Of a stretch of 63,090 bases of DNA, positions 37,750 to 47,326 are shown in pieces. Below the pieces are notes generated by a model. The model had not been told where the DNA came from. It worked only from the letters and a program-made list of their open reading frames with translations, and did no database searches. Both the position numbers and the translations under genes were made by a program. The DNA is from an uncultured Thermomicrobiales bacterium (GTDB lineage Bacteria; Chloroflexota; Chloroflexia; Thermomicrobiales; CADCWN01): contig CADCWN010000022.1 of assembly GCA_902806415.1 (NCBI GenBank), positions 1 to 63,090 of the forward strand, given 5' to 3'. Numbering within the stretch: position 1 is the stretch's first letter; every line of letters begins with the position of its first letter.

Positions 37750-39219
37750 TTGCGCCTGAGACCGTGGTATATGCTGGTCGTGATCATCCTGCTCTCGCTG
37801 ATCGCGGGATGGGTCGTCTATCCGGGGCCTGTCCTCGATCCGTTCCGCTGGAAGCAGGATCTCGCCATTCGCGAGGGTCTGGACTTGCAAGGTGGGCTCC
37901 AGGTGCTGCTGGAAGCGCGCCCGCCCGCCGGACAGACGGTTGGCGAGAGCGAGTTGGCCGGCACGCGCGATACGATCGAGCGCCGCGTCAGCGGCCTCGG
38001 TGTCAGCGAGCCGGTGATCCAGACGCGCGGCAATAATCAGATCATCGTAGAACTGCCCGGTATCAAGGATCCGCAGGAGGCGGTGCAGACGCTGCGCGAG
38101 ACGGCGCTGCTCGAAATCGTTTCCACCGGGGCGACCCCCCTAAACCCGGGTCAAACGATCACCACCTCGCTCGGCGGGCCGGAGACGCTGGGCGGTGCGC
38201 GCGCCGCAACCCCCGGCGCGAACGGGACGCCCGGCGCGAACGGGACACCGGGTACCCCGGTCGCGGCGACGCCGGTCGCCTCGCCAACACCCGCCGCCGC
38301 GGCCGGCCCGGTCTACCAGACCGTGATCCAGGGGAAGGATCTCGATGATGCGTTCCCGACCACCGATCAGGTCGGCACCCTCGTCGTCGGTTTCCGGCTG
38401 AAGGGCGATGCGGCGGATGATTTCTACCAATTCACCAGCTCCAACATCGGCAAGTATATGTCGGTGGTGGTCGATAAGCAGGTCATCAATACCGCCTCGA
38501 TCAACGGCGCGATCAGCACGCAGGGGATTATCCAGGGGATGAGCCAGGATGAGGTGAACAAGCTCGTCTTGCAGTTGAAGTCCGGCGCGCTGGAAGTGCC
38601 GCTCGAAGTGGTGCAGAGCCGCACGGTCGGCCCGACCCTCGGTGCCGACTCGATCCGCAAGAGTATTGAGGCCGGGATCGTCGGCCTGTCGATCGTGGCG
38701 CTCTTCATGATCCTCTTCTATCGACTGCCCGGCCTGCTCTCGGTCCTCGCGCTGCTGCTCTACACCCTCTTCTCGGTCGCCGTCTACAAGATCCTCGGGG
38801 TCGTCCTGACCCTCGCCGGGCTCGCGGGCTTCATCCTCTCGATCGGCATGGCGGTCGACGCCAACGTGCTGATCTTCGCGCGGATGAAGGAGGAGTTGCG
38901 CCTCGGGCGGACCCTCTCCTCCGCGATCGAAGGGGGCTTCCACCACGCCTGGCCGTCGATCCGCGACTCCAACATCTCGACGATGATCACTTGCGGCATC
39001 CTCTACTGGTTCGGGCGCTACGTCGGGGCGAGTATCATCCAGGGCTTCGCCCTGACCCTCTTCCTCGGTGTGGCGGTCAGTATGTTCACCGCCGTGACGG
39101 TGAGCCGGACCTTCCTGCGACTGATGGTCGACGCTGGCGTTGCGCGCCATCCCCGCTGGTACGGCACCGACGTCGTCGCCCCGGCGCGAACCTCGGCCTC
39201 GGTCCCGACCGGCGACTGA
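37750..39219 (+). CDS. secD: Protein translocase subunit SecD
   Basis: GLDLQGG, RV.GLGVSEP, VGPTLG, GMAVDANVLIF; GGAGG SD then TTG. Confidence 0.95.
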   Translation: MRLRPWYMLVVIILLSLIAGWVVYPGPVLDPFRWKQDLAIREGLDLQGGLQVLLEARPPAGQTVGESELAGTRDTIERRVSGLGVSEPVIQTRGNNQIIVELPGIKDPQEAVQTLRETALLEIVSTGATPLNPGQTITTSLGGPETLGGARAATPGANGTPGANGTPGTPVAATPVASPTPAAAAGPVYQTVIQGKDLDDAFPTTDQVGTLVVGFRLKGDAADDFYQFTSSNIGKYMSVVVDKQVINTASINGAISTQGIIQGMSQDEVNKLVLQLKSGALEVPLEVVQSRTVGPTLGADSIRKSIEAGIVGLSIVALFMILFYRLPGLLSVLALLLYTLFSVAVYKILGVVLTLAGLAGFILSIGMAVDANVLIFARMKEELRLGRTLSSAIEGGFHHAWPSIRDSNISTMITCGILYWFGRYVGASIIQGFALTLFLGVAVSMFTAVTVSRTFLRLMVDAGVARHPRWYGTDVVAPARTSASVPTGD

Positions 39220-39299
39220 CGAAGTACGAAGTTGGAAGTACGAAATAAGGGCGCGGTGCCGTTCCCCAATTCGTACTTCGTAGTTCGTACCTCGTACTT
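39219..39299. repeat. Inverted heptamer-array hairpin (ACGAAGT/ACTTCGT)
   Basis: About 4 units per arm, between the secD stop and the secF SD. Confidence 0.85.
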
Positions 39300-39313
39300 T
39301 ACTTGGGGGAAAT

Positions 39314-40246
39314 GTGTTCGATATTGTCAACAAGCGCAAGTGGTTCTTCCTCTTCTCGGGGCTGATCATGGTGCCGGGGATCGTCTTCCTGCTGCTCGGC
39401 GGGTTAAAGCTCGGCATCGACTTCACCGGCGGCACGATCTGGGAGATGCAATTCAACGCGCCGGTCGAATCGCTGGCGGTGCGCGCGGTCCTCGAAGAGA
39501 ATGATTACGAGGGCGCATCGGTCCAGTTAGCCGAGGGGAACACGGTCCTCATTCGCGGGCGCGAGTTGAAAGAGGGCTCGGACGAGAAAGAGCGGCTGGC
39601 GACCGCCCTACGGTCGCGCTACGGCGATTTCACCGAGTTGCAGATCCAGACGGTCGGCCCGACGGTCGGCACCTCGATCAGCCAGCGCGCCTTCCTGGCC
39701 GTCGCGCTGACCTCGATCGGTATCCTGCTCTACCTCGCCTACGCCTTCCGCAACGCACCCCACCCGTTCCGTTACGGCGTCTGCGCCGTCGCGGCGATGT
39801 TGCACGATGTCGTCGTGGTCGTCGGGGTCTTCGCCATCCTGGGCTACTTCTTCGGGGTGGAAGTTGACGCCCTCTTCGTGACCGCGCTGCTGACGATCAT
39901 CGGCTTCTCGGTCCACGACACGATCGTCGTCTTTGACCGGATCCGCGAGAACGCGAGTCGTCGCGGCGCGCCGGAATTCAGCGAGACGGTCAACTACAGC
40001 CTGGTGCAGACGTTGGTCCGCTCCCTCAATACGTCGCTGACCGTCGTCTTCACCCTGCTGGCGCTGTACCTCTTCGGTGGCGAGACGATCAAGAACTTCA
40101 TCCTCGCCCTCCTGATCGGGATCATCAGCGGCACCTATTCCTCGATTTTCAACGCCAGTCTGCTGCTGGTCGTCTGGGAGCGCGGCGATTTCGGTCGACT
40201 CTTCGGTCGCTTCCGTCGGGGGCGCACCGCGACATCGGCGGCATAG
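39314..40246 (+). CDS. secF: Protein translocase subunit SecF
   Basis: GIDFTGG, VGPTVG, HD, GFSVHDTIVVFDRIREN, GTYSSIF motifs. Confidence 0.95.
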   Translation: MFDIVNKRKWFFLFSGLIMVPGIVFLLLGGLKLGIDFTGGTIWEMQFNAPVESLAVRAVLEENDYEGASVQLAEGNTVLIRGRELKEGSDEKERLATALRSRYGDFTELQIQTVGPTVGTSISQRAFLAVALTSIGILLYLAYAFRNAPHPFRYGVCAVAAMLHDVVVVVGVFAILGYFFGVEVDALFVTALLTIIGFSVHDTIVVFDRIRENASRRGAPEFSETVNYSLVQTLVRSLNTSLTVVFTLLALYLFGGETIKNFILALLIGIISGTYSSIFNASLLLVVWERGDFGRLFGRFRRGRTATSAA

Positions 40247-40415
40247 TGCCGACCTCGCCACTCACCCGTTATTGCTCGCCTCCTGTCGCTGGGGAGTGTG
40301 CTTTAGCGGGCGAGGGGCGATGTCTCTTTGTTGCGCGGCGCGCTGTACTATACTTTCGCTGCGTCGCGGTGGGTGGCGTGGTTCGGCGGCGAGATTCCTC
40401 GGGGATGCAACGCAA

Positions 40416-41249
40416 TTGCAGCTAAAGACGCAGCGTGCGGGTGCAGCGAGAGAACCTGAACCGGTCGCGGCAACCGCCGTGTCGCCCGCCCGACCGCTCT
40501 TTTCCCTGATTATCCCCGCTTATAACGAAGGTCGGCGCCTCGGCGGCTCGTTGCACGTGCTGGCCGATTACTTGGGCGGGGTCGGCTATCCCTACGAGAT
40601 TCTGATCGTGGATGACGGTAGCACCGACGACACCCCGTCGGTGATCGCCGAGGTGGCGGCGAGCAACCCGGCAGTGCGGGCCATCGTCCACCGCCCGAAT
40701 CGCGGCAAGGGCCACGCCGTGCGCGCGGGGATGCTGGCGGCGCGCGGCGACTACCTGATGTTCACCGACGCCGACCTCTCCATCCCGATCACGATCACCG
40801 CCGACTTCCTCGCCGCGCTGCGGGGCGGCTACGACATCGCGATCGCCTCGCGCTGGCATCCGGACTCCTCGAATATCGTGCCGCCCCCCTTGCCGCGCCG
40901 GATCATGGGCGCGATCTTCCGCTGGTGCGTGCGCCGACTCGTCATCAGCGACGTGCGCGATACCCAATGCGGCTGCAAGGGGTATCGCGCCGATGTCGCG
41001 CGGCGGCTCTTCGGGCAGAGCCGGATCGATCGCTTCAGCTTCGATGCCGAGGTGATCTTCCTGGCGGCGCGCGCTGGCTACCGGATCAAGGAAGTCCCGT
41101 TCGCGCTCCGCTACACCCCCGGCAGCAGCGTCCGCCCGATTCGCGACTCGCTGCTGATGCTGCGCGATCTCGCCCGGATTCGGATCAATGCGGCGCGCGG
41201 CCTCTACGGGCGACTCGACGCCGTCGATCCGGCGCGGCGGGCGGGATGA
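40416..41249 (+). CDS. GT2 polyprenol-phosphate glycosyltransferase (Dol-P-Glc synthase-like)
   Basis: IPAYNE, DDGSTD, NRGKG.AV, DAD, DTQCG.K, FD.E motifs; start uncertain. Confidence 0.88.
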   Translation: MQLKTQRAGAAREPEPVAATAVSPARPLFSLIIPAYNEGRRLGGSLHVLADYLGGVGYPYEILIVDDGSTDDTPSVIAEVAASNPAVRAIVHRPNRGKGHAVRAGMLAARGDYLMFTDADLSIPITITADFLAALRGGYDIAIASRWHPDSSNIVPPPLPRRIMGAIFRWCVRRLVISDVRDTQCGCKGYRADVARRLFGQSRIDRFSFDAEVIFLAARAGYRIKEVPFALRYTPGSSVRPIRDSLLMLRDLARIRINAARGLYGRLDAVDPARRAG

Positions 41250-42172
41250 GCGAGCGGGCGCGGATGCTGGTCGTCAACGCCGATGACTTCGGGTTGACCC
41301 CCGGCGTCAATGCCGGGATCATCGGCGCGTTCGCGCGCGGCATCGTGCGGAGCGCGTCGCTGCTGGTGACGACGCCCGGTTTCGAGGATGCGGTCGCGCT
41401 GGCCCGGGAGCACCCAGAGCTCGATCTCGGCCTCCACCTCGCCCTGACAAATCTGCGCCCCGCCCTCCCCCCCGCCCGGATCCCCAGTCTGGTCGGGCGG
41501 GGGGGGCGCTTCCCCGCGCTCGGAACTTGGCAGCGCCGGGCGGCCCTGCGGCAGTTGCACCCGGCGGAGTTGCGCGCCGAACTGTTCGCCCAGGTGGCGC
41601 GCGCGCGCCGCACCGGCCTGCGCTTCACCCACCTCGACGGGCATCACCATGTCCACCTCTTCGGGCCGGTCGCCGCGATCGTCGCCGACATCGCGCGCAC
41701 GCACAAGCTGCCGATCGTGCGGCGCGTCAAGGACGCCCCCTGCGGGACGGGGGACGCCGCCCCGCCCGCCCCGCCCATGCCGCGCTCGGCGGGGGAGGCG
41801 ATCAAGCGCGGCTGGCTGGAAGGGGCGGATCGGCTCGCGGAGGGTGCCCTGCGCGGCCTATCGCGCACCGACGCCTTCCGCGGCTTCGCCTTCCCGGGGA
41901 CGCCGGGTGCCTGGTGGGTCCTGGCACGCTCGCTGCCGCGCGGCGTGACCGAGATGATGTGCCACCCCGGCCTGCGCGACGAGGCGGTCCGCGCGCTCGA
42001 CCCGTATGTCGCGGAGCGCGAGCGGGAGTTGCGCCTGCTCTGCGATCCGCGCGTCGCCGCGATCCTGGCGGAAGAAGGGGTCACACTGACGAGCTTCCGG
42101 GAGTTGCTCGGGATCGCCGTGCCGGGGCGGGCTCCCGCGATCACAGAGCGCGATGCGGTTGTCACCCAATAG
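41246..42172 (+). CDS. YdjC/ChbG/HpnK-family carbohydrate deacetylase
   Basis: NADDFG, GLHL, HLDGHHHVH, EMMCHPG motifs. Confidence 0.9.
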   Translation: MSERARMLVVNADDFGLTPGVNAGIIGAFARGIVRSASLLVTTPGFEDAVALAREHPELDLGLHLALTNLRPALPPARIPSLVGRGGRFPALGTWQRRAALRQLHPAELRAELFAQVARARRTGLRFTHLDGHHHVHLFGPVAAIVADIARTHKLPIVRRVKDAPCGTGDAAPPAPPMPRSAGEAIKRGWLEGADRLAEGALRGLSRTDAFRGFAFPGTPGAWWVLARSLPRGVTEMMCHPGLRDEAVRALDPYVAERERELRLLCDPRVAAILAEEGVTLTSFRELLGIAVPGRAPAITERDAVVTQ

Positions 42173-42197
42173 ATTGCGCGTGGGGCGAGGGGCGCGA

Positions 42198-43790
42198 GTG
42201 ATCGGTGAACGACACGAATCGGCACCCGCCGCCTCGCCCTCACCTGCCCGCACCCTGCCCGCCGCCCGACCCGCCCCACTCTGGCAGCCGTTCGATTGGT
42301 TGGTCGCTCTCGGGTTTGTCCTCCTCACCGCCCTCAGTCGCTGGCCGTTCCGCTCGCGGATGATTTATGCCTGGGATGGTGGCCTCTTCGCCCAGGCGTT
42401 GCGCGATTACAACGTCGTGCCGCACCACCCGCAGCCACCCGGCTACATCTTCTATGTCGGGGCGGGCAAGCTGGTCGGCGCGCTGACCGGCCTCGACGCG
42501 AACGGCGCCCTCGTCCTGGTGAGCCTCGGCGCGGCGAGCCTGACCGTCGGGGTGGTGTATCTCCTGACGACCCTGATCTTCGGTCGCCTCGCTGCGATCC
42601 TGGCGGCGGGGCTCGGCTTGACATCGGTCTCGTTCTGGTTTTTCTCCGAGATCGCCTACCCCTACACCGTCCTGGCGCTCGGCTCGACCATCCTGGCCCT
42701 GATCTGCTGGACCCTCGCGCTCCGGCACTTCCCGTGGCCGCCGCTCGCCGCCCTCGCCTTCGGGCTGATCGCCGGTTTTCGTCAGGATCTCCTGTTGTTC
42801 CTCGGCCCGCTCTTCGCGGTCTGCTACCTCCTGGCGATCGGCTTCCCCGCGCGCCGGAGTTGGGCGCAACTCGCGCTCGGCCTGCTCGGCGGCGCGGCGG
42901 GGATCGCGACGTGGTGGATCGCGACTGACCTCGCCTCGGAAGGTCCCGGCTCGCTCTGGCGTGCGCTGACTATCCAGTCGACGAATGTCGAGCGCGGGAC
43001 CTCGGCCTTCGCGGTCGGCGAAACCGGGTTGCGAGGGAACGGGACGCTGCTCATCTGGTTCACCAAGGACGCACTGCACCTCGCGGCGTTCCCGATCCTC
43101 GCCTATTTCCTCCAATGGCCGCTGCACGCACGGCGCGAGGGCTGGCGACCGCCATTCCTCCTCCTCTGGCTGAGCCCCGCCGCCCTCTTCTACCTCCTCG
43201 TCCACATCGGCGAGGCGGGCTATGTTTTCAGCTTCCTCCCGGCCACGCTCGTCGCGGCGGGGGGCGGGATCGTACGGGCGGCGGAGGCGATCGTCGAGAA
43301 CCTGCCGCGCGCCTGGCGGGCGACGCGCTGGCCGCTCTTGCGCGTCGGGCTGGCGACCGCGCTGGCCGCGCTCATCCTGCCGTATCACGCCTGGCTCTTC
43401 GTCGGCAGCGCGCGATTGGTCTCCGCCGAGCGACTAGCCTGCAAAGACGAGGCGATCGCGCGGGCGGTGGCGACGATTGTCGCCGACTATCCCCCGGCGA
43501 CGACGGAGATCGTCACCTCGACCTATTTACAACACCTGGCGATCTATCTGCCGCAGTATCGCCAGGTGCGCTTCCTCGATCCCGATCGCGACCTCGGCTG
43601 GACCCCCGCCCCCGGCATGGAGCGCGTCGTCGTCTTCGATCTGGAATTGGTCCAGCGCTCCGCGCAGCGCGACCGCTGGACGACCGTGCCGCTCGCCTGC
43701 GCCGGGCGATATGACTTGGCGACGGTGCCCGCAGGGGGCGCGAGTTTCCGCTTCGACGCGAGGCGATTCACCTTGGAGGTGACCAGATGA
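42198..43790 (+). CDS. Multi-pass membrane GT-C/PMT-like glycosyltransferase
   Basis: WD...F early-loop acidic motif, HPQPPGY, about 11 TM helices. Confidence 0.75.
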   Translation: MIGERHESAPAASPSPARTLPAARPAPLWQPFDWLVALGFVLLTALSRWPFRSRMIYAWDGGLFAQALRDYNVVPHHPQPPGYIFYVGAGKLVGALTGLDANGALVLVSLGAASLTVGVVYLLTTLIFGRLAAILAAGLGLTSVSFWFFSEIAYPYTVLALGSTILALICWTLALRHFPWPPLAALAFGLIAGFRQDLLLFLGPLFAVCYLLAIGFPARRSWAQLALGLLGGAAGIATWWIATDLASEGPGSLWRALTIQSTNVERGTSAFAVGETGLRGNGTLLIWFTKDALHLAAFPILAYFLQWPLHARREGWRPPFLLLWLSPAALFYLLVHIGEAGYVFSFLPATLVAAGGGIVRAAEAIVENLPRAWRATRWPLLRVGLATALAALILPYHAWLFVGSARLVSAERLACKDEAIARAVATIVADYPPATTEIVTSTYLQHLAIYLPQYRQVRFLDPDRDLGWTPAPGMERVVVFDLELVQRSAQRDRWTTVPLACAGRYDLATVPAGGASFRFDARRFTLEVTR

Positions 43791-44446
43791 CGGCATCCGC
43801 GCGCTCGGCGGAACTCCTGCGGCGCACCCTGGCCCTCTACGATGGCTCGCCGCAGGCCGAGCGCCTCTTCGTGCGCGCGCGCGCCCTCCTCAGCGATCTC
43901 GCGCTGCTCGAGCGCCACGCGCCGCGCGCCGGGGCGATCCTCGATCTCGGCTGCGGGCATGGCCTGGTCTCGAATCTGCTGTCCCTCGGCGGCGCCGCGC
44001 GCGACGTGACCGGGATTGACATCGCCGAGGAGAAGGTTGCGGCGGCCCGGCGCACGGTCGGCGCGCGCCCCAACGTCCGTTTCCTGACCGCCGACGCGAC
44101 CACTTTCGGCGGCGGACCCTACGCGGCGATCACCGTCGCCGATGTCTTCTACCTGATCCCGCCGGAGGGCCAGCGCGCCCTGCTCGCCTCCTGCGCCCGG
44201 ATGCTCGCCCCCGACGGGGTGCTGATCTGGAAGAGTCAGGTCCGCCATCCGCGCTGGAAGTACGCCATCACGCGCGGGCAGGAATGGCTGATGACGACCC
44301 TCGGCCCGACGCAAGGGCATGGCCTCTACTTCCTTGACACCGATGAATCGCTCGTTGCCCTGCGCGCCGCCGGGTTGCGCGCCGTGGCGTTGCCCCTGCG
44401 CTCCTGGCGACCGTATACGGATGTGTTGTTCCTGGCGTATCGGTAG
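43787..44446 (+). CDS. Class I SAM-dependent methyltransferase
   Basis: ILDLGCGHG and GIDI motifs; GGAGG SD. Confidence 0.9.
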   Translation: MTASARSAELLRRTLALYDGSPQAERLFVRARALLSDLALLERHAPRAGAILDLGCGHGLVSNLLSLGGAARDVTGIDIAEEKVAAARRTVGARPNVRFLTADATTFGGGPYAAITVADVFYLIPPEGQRALLASCARMLAPDGVLIWKSQVRHPRWKYAITRGQEWLMTTLGPTQGHGLYFLDTDESLVALRAAGLRAVALPLRSWRPYTDVLFLAYR

Positions 44447-44570
44447 AACCTCGCCCCGCCACCCCGACGGCGAAGGACCCTCAAGCGGGGGAGTAAGACA
44501 TTGCGCCTGCACTTACAGGCGAACGCGAGACCTAGCGCCACGCCGTATCCGCGTCCTCCTCCCGTTTCTT

Positions 44571-44602
44571 CTCCGTGCGCTCTGTGCACTCTGTGGTTCA
44601 AT
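44571..44602. repeat. 9-mer tandem repeat (CTCYGTGNN)x3, single arm
   Basis: CTCCGTGCG CTCTGTGCA CTCTGTGGT. Confidence 0.55.
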
Positions 44603-44701
44603 CCTGGTCGCGGAACGCGCCCAATAGTGCTGAGTTGAGGGGTTTTGTTCGATTTCTCCCCTTTCCTGGTGGATTCGGGAGAGTCGTGGTAGCTTTAAGT
44701 T

Positions 44702-45334
44702 ATGAGCGAGTTCCGTGGCACCTCCGTGGTCGCCCAAACGACTGGCACAAGCAATTCGCCTTCGGACTGGTTAACGCTCCACGAGGCGAGCGAACTCCTT
44801 GGCGTTGCGCCCTCGACGGTGAGGCGCTGGGCCGATGCGGGCCGGATCCCGATCCGGCGCACCGAGGGGGGGCATCGGCGCTTCGAGGCGGTCGCCGTGC
44901 GCGCCCTGCGCCCGGCCACACCGGCACCGCGCGAGGGTGGCTCGGTGCTGGCGCTGCCGCAGCAGCGCCCGGCGCAGCAGGCGTGGCACGCCCACTTCGC
45001 GAGTGCGGCGGTCGCCGATCAGATGCGCGAACTCGGCCAGCGGCTGCTCGGTCTGCTGATCCAGTATCTCGTCTGGCAAGGGGATAACAACCGCTTCCTC
45101 GATGACGGGCGGCAGGTCGGGGTGAGCTACGGTGCGGTCGCGCGCGATGCCGGGATCACGATGCGCGAGACGGTGGAAGCGTTCTTGTACTTCCGTCAGA
45201 CGTTCTGGCGTACCGCGCTGCAGATGCCCGCCGTGACCGAGGCGAGCGATGTCGCCGAGGTGATGCGGATCGCGGAGCGGATCGACCGCTTCATGAACGA
45301 GGTATTGCTCAGCACGATCTCCGCCTACGAGTAG
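44702..45334 (+). CDS. Excisionase/MerR-like HTH regulator with helical (RsbRD-N/globin-like) C-terminal domain
   Basis: WLTLHEASELLGV.PSTVRRWAD.G.I...RT.GGHRRF. Confidence 0.85.
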   Translation: MSEFRGTSVVAQTTGTSNSPSDWLTLHEASELLGVAPSTVRRWADAGRIPIRRTEGGHRRFEAVAVRALRPATPAPREGGSVLALPQQRPAQQAWHAHFASAAVADQMRELGQRLLGLLIQYLVWQGDNNRFLDDGRQVGVSYGAVARDAGITMRETVEAFLYFRQTFWRTALQMPAVTEASDVAEVMRIAERIDRFMNEVLLSTISAYE

Positions 45335-45357
45335 AGTGGGGGGGAGGGATAGGAAAC

Positions 45358-46377
45358 GTGTCGATGACTGGGGGACTGTACGTGAAGAGCGACGCACCGA
45401 TCGGCGTGCTACTGATGGCCTACGGCACGCCGGAGACGCCCGATCAGGTCGAGGCGTATTTCACCCACATTCGCGGCGGGCGGGTGCCGTCGCCGGAATC
45501 GGTGGCGCACTTGCAGCACCGCTACGAGTTGGTCGGCGGGCAGACGCCGCTGCTGGCGATCACCGAGGCGACCCGCGCGGCCTTGGAGCGGGAGCTGAAC
45601 GAAGGCCCCGACACCCAATACCGCGTCTACGCCGGGATGAAGCACTGGCACCCCTATATCGCGGATGTGCTGGCGCGGATGGCGGCGGATGGGATCAAGC
45701 ACTTTCTGGCCGTGGCGTTGGCCCCGCACTATTCGCGGATCAGCATCGGCGGCTATCGCCGGGCGGTGGAAGAGGGCGCGGCGGCGCTCGGCAACCCGTT
45801 CGAGTCGATCACGATGGTCGAGAGCTGGCACCTCCAGCCCGAGTACCTGGACCTGATGGCCGAGCATATCCGCGTCGCCCGCGAGAAGTTCGCCCCCGAG
45901 GAGCGCGCGGCGATCCTGACCGTCTTCAGCGCGCACAGCCTCCCCGAGCGGATACGCACCTGGGATGACCCATACGAGTCGCAGTTGCTGGCGAGCAGCG
46001 CGGCGGTCGCCGAGCGCCTGGGCCTGGGCGACTGGCGCTTCGCCTGGCAGAGCGAAGGCAATACCGGAGAGCCGTGGATCGGCCCGGATATCCTCGACTA
46101 CCTCGAAACGCTGCACGCGGAGGGGATCACGACGGTCCTCCAGGTGCCGATCGGCTTCGTCGCCGAGCACCTCGAAATCCTCTTCGACATCGACTACGAG
46201 GCGAAGCAGAAGGCGGGCGAACTGGGGATGCACCTCGAGCGGACGGCGATGCCGAACGCGACTCCCGGCTTCATCCGCACGCTGGCGGCGATCGTGGCGG
46301 CGAACGATCCGCGCGAGGCAGTCCCGACCGATCGCCCTTTCGTGACCCAATTGCAGCCCGCGCTGGCCGGGCGCTGA
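45358..46377 (+). CDS. hemH: Ferrochelatase (coproporphyrin ferrochelatase, CpfC-like)
   Basis: LMAYGTP, GMKHWHP, FSAHSLP, WQS..W.GP, GFVAEHLE.LFD.D motifs. Confidence 0.93.
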   Translation: MSMTGGLYVKSDAPIGVLLMAYGTPETPDQVEAYFTHIRGGRVPSPESVAHLQHRYELVGGQTPLLAITEATRAALERELNEGPDTQYRVYAGMKHWHPYIADVLARMAADGIKHFLAVALAPHYSRISIGGYRRAVEEGAAALGNPFESITMVESWHLQPEYLDLMAEHIRVAREKFAPEERAAILTVFSAHSLPERIRTWDDPYESQLLASSAAVAERLGLGDWRFAWQSEGNTGEPWIGPDILDYLETLHAEGITTVLQVPIGFVAEHLEILFDIDYEAKQKAGELGMHLERTAMPNATPGFIRTLAAIVAANDPREAVPTDRPFVTQLQPALAGR

Positions 46378-46414
46378 GCGAGTTAGACCGAGCGAAGATG
46401 AGCGAGGAATACAG

Positions 46415-47248
46415 ATGAGCGATCGGCAGCACGACGAGGACCACGACCACGACCACGACGCGGATAAGTCCGGGAAGGTTGTCGATGAGGGGTTGCAAGT
46501 CCGCCTGGGTCGCGCCCCGCGCGAGCCGCGCCAGGTGGTGAAGTACACCTTCTTCACCCTCGACCCGGCGTGGCGACGCCTGCCGATGGAGGAGCGCGAG
46601 GCGGCGAAGGCCGAATTCGCGCGGGTCGTCTCAGAGAGTGTGCCGGAGTTCATCGTCCTCCGCACCTACAACCTGATCGGGATGCACCACGACACCGACT
46701 TCATGCTCTGGTCGGTCAGCGACACGCTGGAGCGGCAGAGCGCGCTGCTGTCGCGGATCTACAACACCGCGTTCGGCGCGTGGCTGCGGATCTCCTACTC
46801 CTTCCTGGCGATGACCAAGCACTCGCAGTACGTGCGCGACCATGTCCACGAGGGCCAGGAAGGGACGCGCTTGACGATCTTGCCGGAGGGCAAGAAATAC
46901 CTGTTCGTCTACCCGCTCGATAAGAAGCGCGAGTGGTACTCGGAGCCGTTCGAGACGCGCAATACGGTGATGCGCGAGCATATCAAGATCGGCCATCGCT
47001 ACCCGACGGTGAAGATCAACACCACCTACTCGTTCGGCCTGGACGACCAGGAGTTTGTCGTCGCCTTCGAGTCCGATTACGCCGAAGATTTCATGGACTG
47101 CGTCGAGGAGTTGCGCGGCTCCATCTCCAGCTCCTTCACGGCGCGCGATGTGCCGATCTTCACCTGCATCGCGACCGATATTCGCGAGATCCTCGACGCG
47201 CTCGGCGGCGCACCCGCTACGACGGCGGTTCCCGCAGGCCGCTGGTAA
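46415..47248 (+). CDS. hemQ: Chlorite dismutase-family protein, probable coproheme decarboxylase (ChdC)
   Basis: VYP..K..EWY, proximal His (REHIKIG), SFGLDDQEF; Ile at the position of the Cld distal Arg; adjacent to hemH. Confidence 0.85.
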   Translation: MSDRQHDEDHDHDHDADKSGKVVDEGLQVRLGRAPREPRQVVKYTFFTLDPAWRRLPMEEREAAKAEFARVVSESVPEFIVLRTYNLIGMHHDTDFMLWSVSDTLERQSALLSRIYNTAFGAWLRISYSFLAMTKHSQYVRDHVHEGQEGTRLTILPEGKKYLFVYPLDKKREWYSEPFETRNTVMREHIKIGHRYPTVKINTTYSFGLDDQEFVVAFESDYAEDFMDCVEELRGSISSSFTARDVPIFTCIATDIREILDALGGAPATTAVPAGRW

Positions 47249-47326
47249 TGCTCGTCGCCCGATAGCCGATCATTCTCGCTGGCGAGGGCGACCGCCCGGT
47301 CGCGCCTCGATGAAAGGATTTTGTCT

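Noticed and set aside
44702-45334. Prophage or ICE excisionase
   Set aside because: The HTH is fused to a sensor-like domain, and no integrase or att site is nearby
46415-47248. True chlorite dismutase
   Set aside because: Lacks the distal Arg of Cld, keeps the ChdC Tyr/Lys motif and sits next to ferrochelatase
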